A stretch of DNA of 64,000 nucleotides from an uncultured Chloroflexia bacterium (GTDB taxonomy: Bacteria; Chloroflexota; Limnocylindria; Limnocylindrales; CSP1-4): contig CAVYIM010000003.1 of the NCBI GenBank assembly GCA_963768655.1, positions 448,001 to 512,000 on the forward strand, written 5' to 3'. Below, piece by piece: positions 49,401 through 59,765 of this stretch. Each line of letters starts with the position of its first letter. Within the stretch, counting starts at the first letter, position 1. A program made the position numbers and the translations under genes. The notes beneath the pieces are model-generated. The model saw only the letters and a program-made list of their open reading frames with translations, searched no databases and was not told the DNA's origin.

Positions 49401-50599
49401 CGCGCGGCCACGGCCTTCGCGGCCCCGGCCCTGGCGGCCAGTGGCTCCACGACGGCGCGTGTCCGCGTGATCGCTTCGGCGATGTTCTCGCGCGAGTTGG
49501 CGTAGCTGAAGCGCAAGTGGTTGCGTCCGACCCGCCCGAAGGCCGTCCCGGCCAGGGCTGAGACGCCGCCCTCGTTGAGCAGCCGATCCGCCAGCTCGGC
49601 GCCGGTCAGGCCGGTGCCCGAAGTGTCGGGGAAGGCGTAGAAGGCGCCCGACGGCCGCAGGCAGCTGACGCCGGGGATGGCGTTCAGCCCGTCGACGATC
49701 AGATCGCGCCGGGCCCGGAACTCCGCGACCATCGCCGCCACGGAGTCCTGCGGGCCGGTCAGTGCTTCCACGCCGGCCCACTGCGTCGCGGCACTGGTGC
49801 AGCTGACGCTGTTGACGATCAGCCGGCTGAACGGCGTCACCAGCCTCTCGGGCACGATGGCGTAGCCCAGGCGCCAGCCGGTCATGGCGTAGGTCTTGGA
49901 GAAGCCGTCGAGGACGATGGTCCGCTCGGCCATGCCCGGCAGCGAGGCGATCGAGACGTGCTCGCCCTCGTAGATGATCCGGCCGTAGATCTCGTCGGCG
50001 AGGACGACCAGATCGTGCTCGCGGGCGACCGCGGCGATCTGTTCGAGGTCCTGGCGGGTCGAGACACCGCCGGTCGGGTTGGCCGGCGAGTTGATGATGA
50101 CGAGCCTGGTTCGACTGGTGACCAGAGAGGCCAGCTCCGCCGGATCGAGCCGGAAGCCGTTCTCCTGCCGGATGGGGCAGGGGACGGCGGTCCCGCCGAC
50201 GTAGTCCACCATCGACTCGTAGATCGGGAATCCCGGGTCGGGGTAGATGACCTCGTCGCCTTCCTCGATGAGGGCGAGCATCGTGAAGAACATTACCGGC
50301 TTGCCGCCCGGAACGACGACGACCCGGTCCGGTGAGACGGTGAAGCACTTGCGGGCGGTGGCGTCGGCGGCGATCGCGGCGCGCAGCTCCGGGATGCCGA
50401 CGGTCGGCGAGTAGTGGGTCGCGCCGCCATCGAGGGCCCGCTTGGCCGCCTCGCGGATGTTGGCCGGCGTGTCGAAGTCGGGTTCGCCGATCTCGAGGTG
50501 TATGACCGATCGGCCGGTCGCCTCGAGCGCCCTGGCTCGTGCGGCGGCCTCGAAGGCCGTCTCGGTCCCGATCCGATCCATGCGCGCCGCGAGCCTCAT
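49397..50599 (-). CDS. PLP-dependent class I aminotransferase
   Basis: IGEPDFDTP, NSPANPTG, DEIY, GFSKTYAMTGWRLG, GAFY. Confidence 0.94.
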   Translation of the reverse strand: MRLAARMDRIGTETAFEAAARARALEATGRSVIHLEIGEPDFDTPANIREAAKRALDGGATHYSPTVGIPELRAAIAADATARKCFTVSPDRVVVVPGGKPVMFFTMLALIEEGDEVIYPDPGFPIYESMVDYVGGTAVPCPIRQENGFRLDPAELASLVTSRTRLVIINSPANPTGGVSTRQDLEQIAAVAREHDLVVLADEIYGRIIYEGEHVSIASLPGMAERTIVLDGFSKTYAMTGWRLGYAIVPERLVTPFSRLIVNSVSCTSAATQWAGVEALTGPQDSVAAMVAEFRARRDLIVDGLNAIPGVSCLRPSGAFYAFPDTSGTGLTGAELADRLLNEGGVSALAGTAFGRVGRNHLRFSYANSRENIAEAITRTRAVVEPLAARAGAAKAVAAR

Positions 50600-50807
50600 G
50601 GCTGCTACCTCATCTATGTCGCTCGGCGGCCGGCGGGTTCCGTCGTTGACTCTTACGCGCCTCGTTCGCGCACCTCCGGGTGCGCTCGCTTCGGTGCTCG
50701 CAGCCGCCTGGGACTGCGTTCGGCGGCCCGCGCGACGCCACACACTCGGCGGCAGCCGCCGGCGTCAGTTTCGACCGAGCATGGCAGCGGCCTTTGCGTA
50801 TATCAAG

Positions 50808-50843
50808 TTCAGCTTGCTCACGTAATGATGAAGCCGAGCTAAA
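50808..50843. promoter_or_regulatory. Putative LysR-binding region (T-N11-A-type boxes) in the divergent intergenic region
   Basis: AT-rich stretch TTCAGCTTGCTCA..ATGAAGCCGAGCTAAA upstream of the LysR gene. Confidence 0.4.
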
Positions 50844-50913
50844 CTGTTGCGTGAGCCCGCGCGACCCCCACCGAGTGCCGGCAAGCGCGGCCCCGACGTC
50901 GGAGTCGTTGTCC

Positions 50914-51864
50914 ATGCTCGGTGTCTGGCGGTTGCAGCTCCTGCGCGAGGTGTCGCGGCGCGGCTCGATCAAGGCCGCCGCCGAGGCGATGAGCATCAGT
51001 CCATCGGCGGTCAGCCAGCAGCTGGCCATCCTCGAGCGCGAGGCGGGCGTCCAGCTGCTCGAGAAGAGCGGCCGCCGCGTGCGCCTGACCGACGCCGCGC
51101 AGCTGCTCGTCCGCCACGCCGACACGATCACCGGCGCCATCGCGGCGGCCGAGGCGGACCTCGCCTCGATGCAGCAACTCGTCATCGGGACGCTGCGAGT
51201 GGCTGCCTTCCCGACCGCGGCCCGCGCCATCCTGCCCGACGTGATGACCGCGCTCAGCCGCCAGCATCCCGCGCTGCGCGTCACCCTGCGGGACCTCGAG
51301 GCGGCCGAAAGCCTGACGGCACTCCAGATGGACGAGATCGACCTCGCCATCGTGGACGAGTACGACGAGCCGGCGCGAGTCTCCGACGGCGGCCTCGAGT
51401 TCTGCGAGTTCATGCGCGACCCGCTATACGTGGCGCTGCCGCCGCAGGAGTCGAGCCCGCCCCGGCCAGCGATGCGGCGGGGCCAGGTCCCCGGCGCGGC
51501 CGTTCGGCTCTCAGACCTTCGGGACGCCTTCTGGATCATGGACACCGAGGACAGCCACCTCGGCCAGGTGACGCTGCGAGCCTGCCGGTCGAGCGGATTC
51601 GAGCCGCACGTTCGATCCAACTGCAAGGACTTCAGCGTGATCATCGCCCTGGTCGAGGCCGGCCTGGGCGTCGGCATGCTGCCCGGCCTGGCGATCCACG
51701 ACCGCCCGGTCCGGGCCTCGATCCACCCGACCGATCCGCCGCTGGCTCGCCGAATCGCCTCCGTCATCCGTCCCGAGCGCCGTTCCCACCCGATGATCGT
51801 CTCGGCCCTGGCCGAGCTGGAGCGCTTCGGAGCCGTATACGCTCCGCCGAGTCTCTTAGGCTAG
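50914..51864 (+). CDS. LysR family transcriptional regulator
   Basis: GSIKAAAEAMSISPSAVSQQLAILEREAGVQLL..VRLTDA. Confidence 0.94.
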   Translation: MLGVWRLQLLREVSRRGSIKAAAEAMSISPSAVSQQLAILEREAGVQLLEKSGRRVRLTDAAQLLVRHADTITGAIAAAEADLASMQQLVIGTLRVAAFPTAARAILPDVMTALSRQHPALRVTLRDLEAAESLTALQMDEIDLAIVDEYDEPARVSDGGLEFCEFMRDPLYVALPPQESSPPRPAMRRGQVPGAAVRLSDLRDAFWIMDTEDSHLGQVTLRACRSSGFEPHVRSNCKDFSVIIALVEAGLGVGMLPGLAIHDRPVRASIHPTDPPLARRIASVIRPERRSHPMIVSALAELERFGAVYAPPSLLG

Positions 51865-52114
51865 AGCTCGGGAATGCCACCGATTCGATGGTGCAGATCG
51901 CCAATTGTCACCGAATGTTAGGCCACTGAGCCTGATAGCCGATGCCATCCGGGCTGTGGCATGTCGGCCGGCGAACGCCAGACTGGGACCACTGCATCGA
52001 GCGGCGCCGCTCTCCGAGCCGATCGGAAGGCCACCGCGACAACTGTCGGGCCGTTTGGGGCGCGGGGGCGAAGCCTCGACGGGGACGGTTCCGGCATTGG
52101 AGGGTTTCCGGCCG

Positions 52115-53380
52115 ATGGCGACCGAACAACTCGTCACCCAGATCAACGCCTGGGACGTGGCGCAGCGCCAGTTCGACCTGGCGGCCGAGCGCCTGCAGCT
52201 CCCGGGCGGCCTGCGCAGGGTTCTGCGAGAGCCAAAGAGGGCCCTGACCGTCCACTTCCCGGTCAAGATGGATGACGGTGAGGTCGAGGTCTTCACCGGC
52301 TATCGCGTCCAGCACAACCTGTCGCGCGGTCCGGCCAAGGGCGGCATCCGCTATCACCAGGACGTGACGCTGGACGAGGTCAAGGCCCTGGCCATGTGGA
52401 TGACCTGGAAGTGCGCCGTCGTCGGCGTGCCGTTCGGCGGCGGCAAAGGCGGCGTCGTGGTCGACCCCGCGAATCTCAGTCTGCGCGAGCTCGAGGGCCT
52501 GACGCGCCGCTTCGCGACGGAGCTGTCCATCATCATCGGCCCCGAGCGCGACATTCCGGCCCCGGACGTGAACACCAACCACCAGACGATGGCCTGGATC
52601 ATGGATACCTATTCGATGAACGTCGGCCACACCGTCCCGGCCGTCGTCACCGGCAAGCCGATCGCCCTCGGCGGCTCCGAAGGACGGACCGAGGCGACGG
52701 CCCAGGGCGTCGTCTACACCATCCAGGACGCCGCGCGCCACCTTGGCATGGACCTGAACAAGTGCCGCGTCGCCGTCCAGGGCTTCGGCAACGTGGGCGG
52801 CATCTCGGCGCGGTTGATGGCGGGGGAAGGCGCGACGGTCGTCGCCGTCAGCGACGTGCGCGGCGCGATCCATCGCCCAGAGGGTCTCGACATCGAGGCG
52901 GTCACCGCCTGGAGCCGCAAGACCGGCAGCGTCGTCGGGTTCCCCGGCTCCCGCGACATCAGCAACGCCGAGCTGCTCGAGCTGGACGTTGACATCCTGA
53001 TCCCGGCGGCGATGGAGAACCAGATCACGGCCGCGAACGCCGGCCGGATCGGGGCGCGCCTGATCGCCGAGGGCGCGAACGGACCGACGACTCCCGAAGC
53101 GGACGAGATTCTCTACGCCGACGGCAAGTTCCTGATCCCCGACATCCTATGCAACGCCGGCGGCGTGACCGTCAGCTATTTCGAATGGGTCCAGAACCTC
53201 GATCGCGATCTCTGGAGCATCGAGCACGTCAACGCCAAGCTGCATGAGATCATGACCCGGGCCTTCGCCGGCACGTTGGCAATGAGCCTTCGAGAGCAGG
53301 TGAACATGAGGACGGCCGCCTACCTGCTGGCCGTGCAGCGGGTCGCGGACGCGACTTCTGTTCGAGGCCTGTATCCTTAA
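52115..53380 (+). CDS. gdhA: Glu/Leu/Phe/Val dehydrogenase, most likely glutamate dehydrogenase
   Basis: GPAKGGIRYH, MTWK, GGGKGG, DIPAPD, VTGKP, QGFGNVG, EGANGP, NAGGVTVSYFEW. Confidence 0.93.
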   Translation: MATEQLVTQINAWDVAQRQFDLAAERLQLPGGLRRVLREPKRALTVHFPVKMDDGEVEVFTGYRVQHNLSRGPAKGGIRYHQDVTLDEVKALAMWMTWKCAVVGVPFGGGKGGVVVDPANLSLRELEGLTRRFATELSIIIGPERDIPAPDVNTNHQTMAWIMDTYSMNVGHTVPAVVTGKPIALGGSEGRTEATAQGVVYTIQDAARHLGMDLNKCRVAVQGFGNVGGISARLMAGEGATVVAVSDVRGAIHRPEGLDIEAVTAWSRKTGSVVGFPGSRDISNAELLELDVDILIPAAMENQITAANAGRIGARLIAEGANGPTTPEADEILYADGKFLIPDILCNAGGVTVSYFEWVQNLDRDLWSIEHVNAKLHEIMTRAFAGTLAMSLREQVNMRTAAYLLAVQRVADATSVRGLYP

Positions 53381-53403
53381 TTGCGTTGCTTCGCTAATCC
53401 CTT

Positions 53404-53442
53404 GCGGCCCCGACGCTCCCCCTCGCGCCGGGGCCGCTTTCT
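53404..53442 (+). terminator. Putative intrinsic terminator
   Basis: GCGGCCCCG..CGGGGCCGC followed by TTTCT, between convergent genes. Confidence 0.55.
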
Positions 53443-53497
53443 ATGTGCGGCGCGGATGGCGAGGCGCGGGGTCCAAGGGCGACTGGCGAGCGGCCGC

Positions 53498-55526
53498 TCA
53501 GGGCGCAGCGGTGGCCGAAGGTGCGGCAGTCGGGGCGGCCGCTGGCGCCGGCGGTGCGCCGCAGGGGTAATAGGGATGCAGCAGCGACGAAGTGCAGGCC
53601 TGGTATTGGGCCGCGGGAGAGGGGTTCGTGGTCTGGCCCGGACCGAAGAACGGATACGCGGCCACGATCGAGATGACGAGATAGGCGAGGACCAGCCAGA
53701 GCGGGCTGACGCGTTTGATCAGCCACCACGTGGCCAGAACGATGGTGAGCGGCAGCAGACCGGCGAAGATCGGATCCAGCAGCCCGGCCTGGAGGTTCAG
53801 GCTGGCGCCGGCGATCGTGACTGTCGGAGCGAGGTAGGCCACTACGAACCTGGCCGCCAGGGCGCCGAGGACCAGATTGCCCAGGACGCCGGCCCCGATG
53901 AGGACGCGGTTGATCGCGCCGGATCGGAGCAGGTCCGTCACGACGGCCCGGCCCCGTACGTAGCCCTGGGTCCAGGCGACGTAGCCGATGGTGATGACGG
54001 CCGCCGAGATCAGGATGGCATAGACGATGGCGCCGATGGGGTTCCCCGTGGCCGTGTTCGTGAGGGTCGGGATCCCCGCAGAACCGCTGCCTATGCTGAT
54101 GTTGGCGGTGCCGCCGGCGAGGCCGATACCGAGCGCGAGCAGGATCGGAGTGACGGTGCCCTGGCTGATCGAGTCGCCGATGCCGGCCATCGGCCCCATC
54201 AGCCCGGACTTGACCGAGTTGATGGCGTCGTCATCGATCGGCGCTCCGTTGGCCCGCTGCTCCTCCATCGCGATGACCGCGCCGTGGACGACATTGCCGA
54301 AGTTGGGCTCGGTGTTGAAGAAGACCAGGTGGCGCTGCAGGGCAGCCCGGATCTCCTCGGGAGTCTGGTAGAGGCGCCTGATGATCGGCGTCATGGCGTG
54401 AGCGAAGCCGGTTCCCTGGAGCCGCTCGTAGTTGTAGTTGGCCTGTGAGAAGAAGGTCCACAGCATCCACGACCGGATCAGGTCGCCGCGCGTGACCCGG
54501 ATCGTCCGGCCCTCGTCCGCGCCGGCCGTACCGGGCGCGGCAGATGGGGCGCCCGGGCCGGGCCCCGTCGCGCCGGCCGGCGTTCCGGCCTCGGCGGCAG
54601 CCGCGTCGGCGGTCTTGCCGGCCTCGGCCACGGGGCTCGGCCGTTCGAACGACAGATGCAGCCACGCCAGCGCGACGCCCAACACTGCGATCGTGATGAG
54701 GACGCGGCTGTCGTCGGCGGCTGTCGACGGATCGTTCATCGACATCCACAGGATGAAGCCGATGAAGAAATAGGGGATGGCCGAGCCGCGGAAGATGAAG
54801 CGCATCGTGAGGGCGATACCGATGGCCGGCAGGATTCCGCCGGCGATGACCAGCCCGTTGGTGAACCAGAAGGGCAGCTGATTTCAGCGCGTCCTGGACG
54901 GCCGAAGGTCCGTTGAGCGCAAGGAAGAAGACCGGCACGAAGCTGATGACGAAGAGGAAGATCTGAGGCGGCACCACGTTCATGAAGGCAACGCCACGAA
55001 CGTCCGCCTTTTCGGCCCTCGCATCGGCCCAGTGGGCGAAGAGCGGATCTACAGCCATGCGCCCGTAGAAAAGCACGGTTCCGAGGAGTCCCAGCGGCAC
55101 GGCGATGGCGATGGCGCTGGCCGGCGAGAGCCCACCAGCCAGGGCGATCGTGGTGCCGATCCAGCCGGGCAGGCTCGGGTCCACCGGCAGGCTTCCCCCG
55201 GCCGAGATGAAGCCCAGGTACGGCACGTTGATGGCCGCCCCGACGAGCGTTCCCTCGGCGGGGTTGCCCAGGATGCAGCCGACGACGAAACCGGCGACCA
55301 GCGGCCGATACAGGGTGAAATAGGCCACTCCGAAGAGCCACGGGGAGTTGGCCAGGTAGTAGCCGATGGCGATGAGGGCGGCCTGCCAGGCAGCGACCGT
55401 GATCGTGCTCGGGCCAGCCGGGGCGCCGGCCGGCACGCTCGCGCCCAGGGCCGCACCGGGCATCGCCGTGGCCACCAGCGCTGCCAGCATCAGGGCGGCG
55501 CTGGCCGCCGCCAATCTCCTGTACAT
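53498..55526 (-). CDS. Mannose/fructose/sorbose-family PTS fused IIC-IID; one-base frameshift at 54882-54884
   Basis: IIC: RPLVAG, GGSLP. Removing one A from CTGAAATCAG restores DALNQLPFWFTNGLVIAGGILPAIGIA. After an Ala/Pro/Gly linker, IID: NYERLQGTGF, FFNTEP, KSGLMGPMAGIGDS. Confidence 0.82.
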
Positions 55527-55570
55527 GCCTCTCCTCTCCCAGCCAGCCGGCCGTTCGCGGCCGCCCGCGA

Positions 55571-56053
55571 TCAGTTGCTCAGATCCAGCGACCGGAACGG
55601 GATCGGCCGATCGTCGGCGACGATCTGGATCTCGACCCGCGTGCCCGTCTGCTCCAGCTCCCGCAGCTCCCGGATCTCGTCCGGGCTGATGGAGATTGTC
55701 TTGTGAAGGCGTCGCCGGCCCGGCCCGGCGCCCATGCCTCCGAGATCCACCGTTTCGATCGGGACGCCGGCGTGACGCAGCGCCAGCACGGTCCTGGGCA
55801 TGCGGGCCAGAACGATGACCGGCTCCGGCGTAGCGGCCAGCACTATCAGGCGGGCAGCGCCGTCGGCCACGTCGTGGACTTCGACCGGGACGCCCTGCGG
55901 CGCCGCCAGCATCAGCACCTCCCGCAGGAACTCATCGCGGGCCGTGGCGTCGTCGACGATCACGATCCTCTGCGCGCCGAGGGCGCGCAGCCAGCCGGCC
56001 ACGACCTGACCGTGGATCAGGCGGTCGTCGATGCGGACGAGGCGGAGGCTCAC
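55571..56053 (-). CDS. PTS mannose-family IIB component
   Basis: RIDDRLIHGQV with the phosphorylatable His. Confidence 0.93.
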   Translation of the reverse strand: MSLRLVRIDDRLIHGQVVAGWLRALGAQRIVIVDDATARDEFLREVLMLAAPQGVPVEVHDVADGAARLIVLAATPEPVIVLARMPRTVLALRHAGVPIETVDLGGMGAGPGRRRLHKTISISPDEIRELRELEQTGTRVEIQIVADDRPIPFRSLDLSN

Positions 56054-56069
56054 GCGCGCGAACCTCTCT

Positions 56070-56477
56070 TCAGGAGACCCGGCGAGCGCGGTGGCGCTCA
56101 GTCTCGACGATGCCGTTCCGGCCGACCTCGACAAGTCGCTCGACCAGCGCATCGTCCAGAGTCGCGGTGGTAAGGGCCGCTTCCACGACCATAGCCAGGT
56201 TCGCGCCGGCGATGGAGATCACACGTGGGGATCGGCGTGCGATGGCCGAAGCAACATTGAACGGCGTGCCGCCGAGCAGGTCGCACAGCACCAGCACGGG
56301 TCGGTGGTCGTGCCCGATCGCGGCGCGCAGCCCATCGGCATAGTGGTCGGGCGTCTCCGTGGCCTCGAGCCCGACCGCCGCCAGATCCGGGATCCGGCCG
56401 CAGATCAGCTCGGCCGTCGCCAGCAGGGCAGCCGGCAGCGAGCCATGTCCGGTAATGACGATCCGAAACGAGCGCAC
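56070..56477 (-). CDS. PTS mannose-family IIA component
   Basis: ITGHG, LCDLLGGTPFN, GANLAM; GGAGG RBS before GTG. Confidence 0.92.
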   Translation of the reverse strand: MRSFRIVITGHGSLPAALLATAELICGRIPDLAAVGLEATETPDHYADGLRAAIGHDHRPVLVLCDLLGGTPFNVASAIARRSPRVISIAGANLAMVVEAALTTATLDDALVERLVEVGRNGIVETERHRARRVS

Positions 56478-56654
56478 CCGATTCCTCCGCAACGCAGCCC
56501 AGGAGCCTTCGTCGTGCTCTTTGCCGGCTTCCGCACACCCGGGGACGTGCGGAAGTTATTCCTGCAAAGATTCTCGCGACATGGCTTGCAATGGTTGTAT
56601 TGGCGGTATACTCGGGGCTGAGGGTCGGGATTGTCAAGCCGAGGGCAGGCAGTG

Positions 56655-57674
56655 ATGGATGAGATTGCGAGCGGCGAGGCGCCCGGGCTCGAATCCGATC
56701 AATCGGCGTCGAGCCAGCGCGAGATGCTGCGGCTCGTCTCGGAGCTGTACTACGTCCGCTCGCTCGGCCAGCCCGAGATCGCAGCGCTGACCGGGTTCTC
56801 GATCTCGAAAGTGTCGCGCCTGCTCGCCACGGCCCGAGCTGCCGGCGTCGTGCGGATCTACGTGGAAAGCGCCCCGCACGAGCCGGCGCCGCTGGCGCGT
56901 GCACTTTCGGCCGCGCTCGGCGTGGAGGTTTGGGTGACGCCGGGCCACGAAACCGCTCCTGCCCTGGCGGCGCGGCTGTGCGGCGTGGCGGCCGCGCCAC
57001 GGTTGGCGGGGGAACTACCCGAGGACGGCGCGATCGGGTTGACAGGCGGCTACACGGTGGAGTCGCTGGTCGGGGCGCTGCCGGCGGCGAGCCTGCCACG
57101 GGCCGTGGTGGTGCCACTGGTAGGTGGGTGGGATTCGAGCAATCCGCACCTCAACAGCAACGAGATCGCGCGCCGGATGGCCGAGAGGCTGGGGGCGTCC
57201 GTGCGAATGCTCCACGCCCCGGGCCTGCTCGATGACGAGGCGACGACGGCGGCCCTTCTCGCCGACAGCGCGGTCACCGCCACGACCCGTTTCTGGGGGG
57301 AGTTGCGCCTGGCCCTCGTCGGCATGAGCGGCGCGCCGCGCCATTCGCCCGGCTACGGCACGGTGATGGACCGTCTCGACGACGCAGGGAGGAGCCGCCT
57401 TGAAGCCCGAGGAGCGGTCGGCGACGTGGCCGGCCATCTCGTGCGCCTGGACGGCTCTTTCGTCGCCGACGAATGGGAACGCCGAACCATCTCCATTCCG
57501 ATCGAGACGCTGCGCCGGGTGCCGCGTGTCATCGGCATCGCCGCCGGCTCGAACAAGGTGGAGACGATCGTCGCCGGTGCGCGGACCGGACTTCTGCACC
57601 TCCTGATCACTGACGAGCCGACCGCCACGGCTGCCCTCGCGCTCCTGTCCGGCGGAACCGCACCGGCCGGCTAG
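56655..57674 (+). CDS. SorC/DeoR/LsrR-type sugar-binding transcriptional regulator
   Basis: LYY..QPEIA..SKVSRLL..AR..GVVRI, GAVGD, GIAAGSNK, LITDE. Confidence 0.9.
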   Translation: MDEIASGEAPGLESDQSASSQREMLRLVSELYYVRSLGQPEIAALTGFSISKVSRLLATARAAGVVRIYVESAPHEPAPLARALSAALGVEVWVTPGHETAPALAARLCGVAAAPRLAGELPEDGAIGLTGGYTVESLVGALPAASLPRAVVVPLVGGWDSSNPHLNSNEIARRMAERLGASVRMLHAPGLLDDEATTAALLADSAVTATTRFWGELRLALVGMSGAPRHSPGYGTVMDRLDDAGRSRLEARGAVGDVAGHLVRLDGSFVADEWERRTISIPIETLRRVPRVIGIAAGSNKVETIVAGARTGLLHLLITDEPTATAALALLSGGTAPAG

Positions 57675-57841
57675 CCAGGGTCCGCCGGTGGTGCCGCAGA
57701 TCGCCGGCCCGATGAGATGCGGATGGCGATCCGGCGGGTCCGGGCTTGGCCGCGGCGCTATAGTCCCGTCCAGGACGCCGCGCGCCGGTCCGGGCCGGTT
57801 CGGCCGCCCGGGCCGGCGCGGCCGCAAGCGGGGGATCGCGA

Positions 57842-58294
57842 ATGAAGGCTGATGTCTCTGCGAGAGCGAGGGCTGGTCGGGCGGCCAGGCTGAGCGCGGT
57901 CGGCTTCGGCGCCTTCGGCACCGGCCTCGTGCTGGCCGGAGTCATCTCGATTGCCACAGGCATACCCCATCGGGCCTACAACCTTGCCCCGCTCGCCGGA
58001 CCGGCGGATCTCGGTCGGCGTCTGGGCGAGATATCGCCGCTGCTCGCGGCCGTGCTTGCGGCCGCTGTCGCGGCGTGGATCGTGCTGATGCTGGCGACCC
58101 GCAAGCTGCGCCCTGTCGCGGCCGCATCCGAGCTGATCGTGCTCGGGGCGGCGATCGAGGTCTGCGTCGTCGGCGCGATCGGCCGCATCGGGTACTCGGC
58201 CGACGGGTCGGTTCTGCTGGCCGGGATCTTCTGCCTCACCGGCGGCGTCTCGGTCCTTGCGGCGGGCTTGCTCGCAGTACTGGTGACCGAATGA
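57842..58294 (+). CDS. Hypothetical membrane protein (about 4 TM)
   Basis: Hydrophobic segments; stop overlaps the next ATG. Confidence 0.65.
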   Translation: MKADVSARARAGRAARLSAVGFGAFGTGLVLAGVISIATGIPHRAYNLAPLAGPADLGRRLGEISPLLAAVLAAAVAAWIVLMLATRKLRPVAAASELIVLGAAIEVCVVGAIGRIGYSADGSVLLAGIFCLTGGVSVLAAGLLAVLVTE

Positions 58295-59652
58295 GGCCGC
58301 CGCCGACCGCTCCGCGTCTGGGGAGCGCGCAGCACGGGCCCTCCATCATCCTGGCCATCGACGCGCTCGCCCTGGCCCTGGTGCTGACTACCGCGCCGGC
58401 CGCGTTCATCTGGCTCGATGGCTCGAGGCCCAGCCCCGTAAGCACCGTCATGCCGGGGCCGTCGAGCGTGTTGCCCTCGCCGGGCGTCTCGGCGAGTCCC
58501 GGGGCCGCAACCCAGGCGCCCTCGCCCGCGGCGCCTTCGGCAACGCCCGTTCCGAGCGCGACGCTCACCTACGGCGATGGGACGTGGGCTCGGCTGCCAC
58601 CGATGCCGCAGTCGCTCTGGGGTGCCGCCGCGGTGGTCCTCACGGACGGTCGCGTGCTTGTCGTCGGAGGTACGTCCGGACCTTCGAGCACATCGGCTCT
58701 CGCCACCGCCGAACTGTTCGATCCAGGGTCGAACAGCTGGTCCGCGGCCGCTCCAATGCTGCAGGCGCGCGCCTACCCGGGCGCTGTGACCCTCGCGGAC
58801 GGATCGGTCCTCGTGATCGGCGGGTCGCGCGGCGGAGTGCCACTCGACAGCGCCGAGCGCTACTACCCGGACACGGGCACATGGGTCTCCGCCGGGACGA
58901 TGAGCGCGCCGCGGACTCAGGCCACGGCCACCGTCCTGCTCGACGGCCGCGTCCTGGTTCTCGGTGGTGGCTCGCAGGGATCGCCCGGCTTCGCGTCCAC
59001 CAACACCGCCGAGATATTCGACCCGGGGACCGGCGCGTGGACGCCAACCGCTCCGATGTCGGTGGCCCGCGCCTCCCAGACGGCGACGCTCCTGCCCGAC
59101 GGCGAGGTCCTCGTGACGGGCGGCGCGACCAGCTATCACGGGCCAAGGGGCACGGTCACGGCCACGGCCGAGATCTACGACCCGAAGTCCGCCACCTGGC
59201 GCAGCGCGGCCAGGATGTCCGTGGCCCGATACCACCACATGGCGGCGCTGCTCCCCGACGGGCGCGTGCTCGTCGCCGGCGGTTGGGCGCTCACTTCGAA
59301 CAGCGACAAGAGTCTTGCCACGGCCGAGATCTACGACCCCGCGACCGACACGTGGACCGCAACGGGCTCTATGGCCACGGGGCGGGCCCGCGGCAACATC
59401 GCGGCACTTCCCGACGGGCGCGTGCTCGTCGTGGATGGCGTGGACACGGCCTATCACGTCATGGCCACGTCGGAGCTCTGGGACCCGGCGAGCGGGCGCT
59501 GGCGGCTCACCGGCCGGCTCGGCACCGCGGTCATGTGGCCCGTGCTCGCGGTGCTCGACGACGGACGGGTCTTGCTGGCCGGAGGAGCCCTCGATGCCGG
59601 GGCTTCACACGAGACGGCGGTGAGCGAAATCTTCGCGCCTCCGGCGCCGTGA
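58291..59652 (+). CDS. Membrane-anchored Kelch-repeat protein (7 repeats)
   Basis: Seven L.DG.VL..G repeats, most followed by an E.(F/Y/W)DP...W-type motif; N-terminal TM and Pro/Ser linker. Confidence 0.88.
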   Translation: MRPPPTAPRLGSAQHGPSIILAIDALALALVLTTAPAAFIWLDGSRPSPVSTVMPGPSSVLPSPGVSASPGAATQAPSPAAPSATPVPSATLTYGDGTWARLPPMPQSLWGAAAVVLTDGRVLVVGGTSGPSSTSALATAELFDPGSNSWSAAAPMLQARAYPGAVTLADGSVLVIGGSRGGVPLDSAERYYPDTGTWVSAGTMSAPRTQATATVLLDGRVLVLGGGSQGSPGFASTNTAEIFDPGTGAWTPTAPMSVARASQTATLLPDGEVLVTGGATSYHGPRGTVTATAEIYDPKSATWRSAARMSVARYHHMAALLPDGRVLVAGGWALTSNSDKSLATAEIYDPATDTWTATGSMATGRARGNIAALPDGRVLVVDGVDTAYHVMATSELWDPASGRWRLTGRLGTAVMWPVLAVLDDGRVLLAGGALDAGASHETAVSEIFAPPAP

Positions 59653-59765
59653 CCCGCGGCGTGGCGGCACTCCCGCAGCGGTAGCAGAATGGCGATGGGC
59701 GGCGCGCTCCGGCCGGAGCGCTGGCGCCAGGCGGGCGGGGCTCTTACGGGAGGTTCAGGCGAAGA

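Noticed and set aside
54882-54884. Programmed frameshift in PTS IIC
   Set aside because: Only a 3-base run with no slippery heptamer, and it breaks a conserved membrane domain; a sequencing indel is more likely given other indels in the window.
56586-56637. Sigma70 promoter boxes between PTS IIA and the SorC-type regulator (TTGCAA/TATACT; minus-strand TTGACA)
   Set aside because: Spacings (15 and about 21 bp) do not fit well enough to call a specific promoter.
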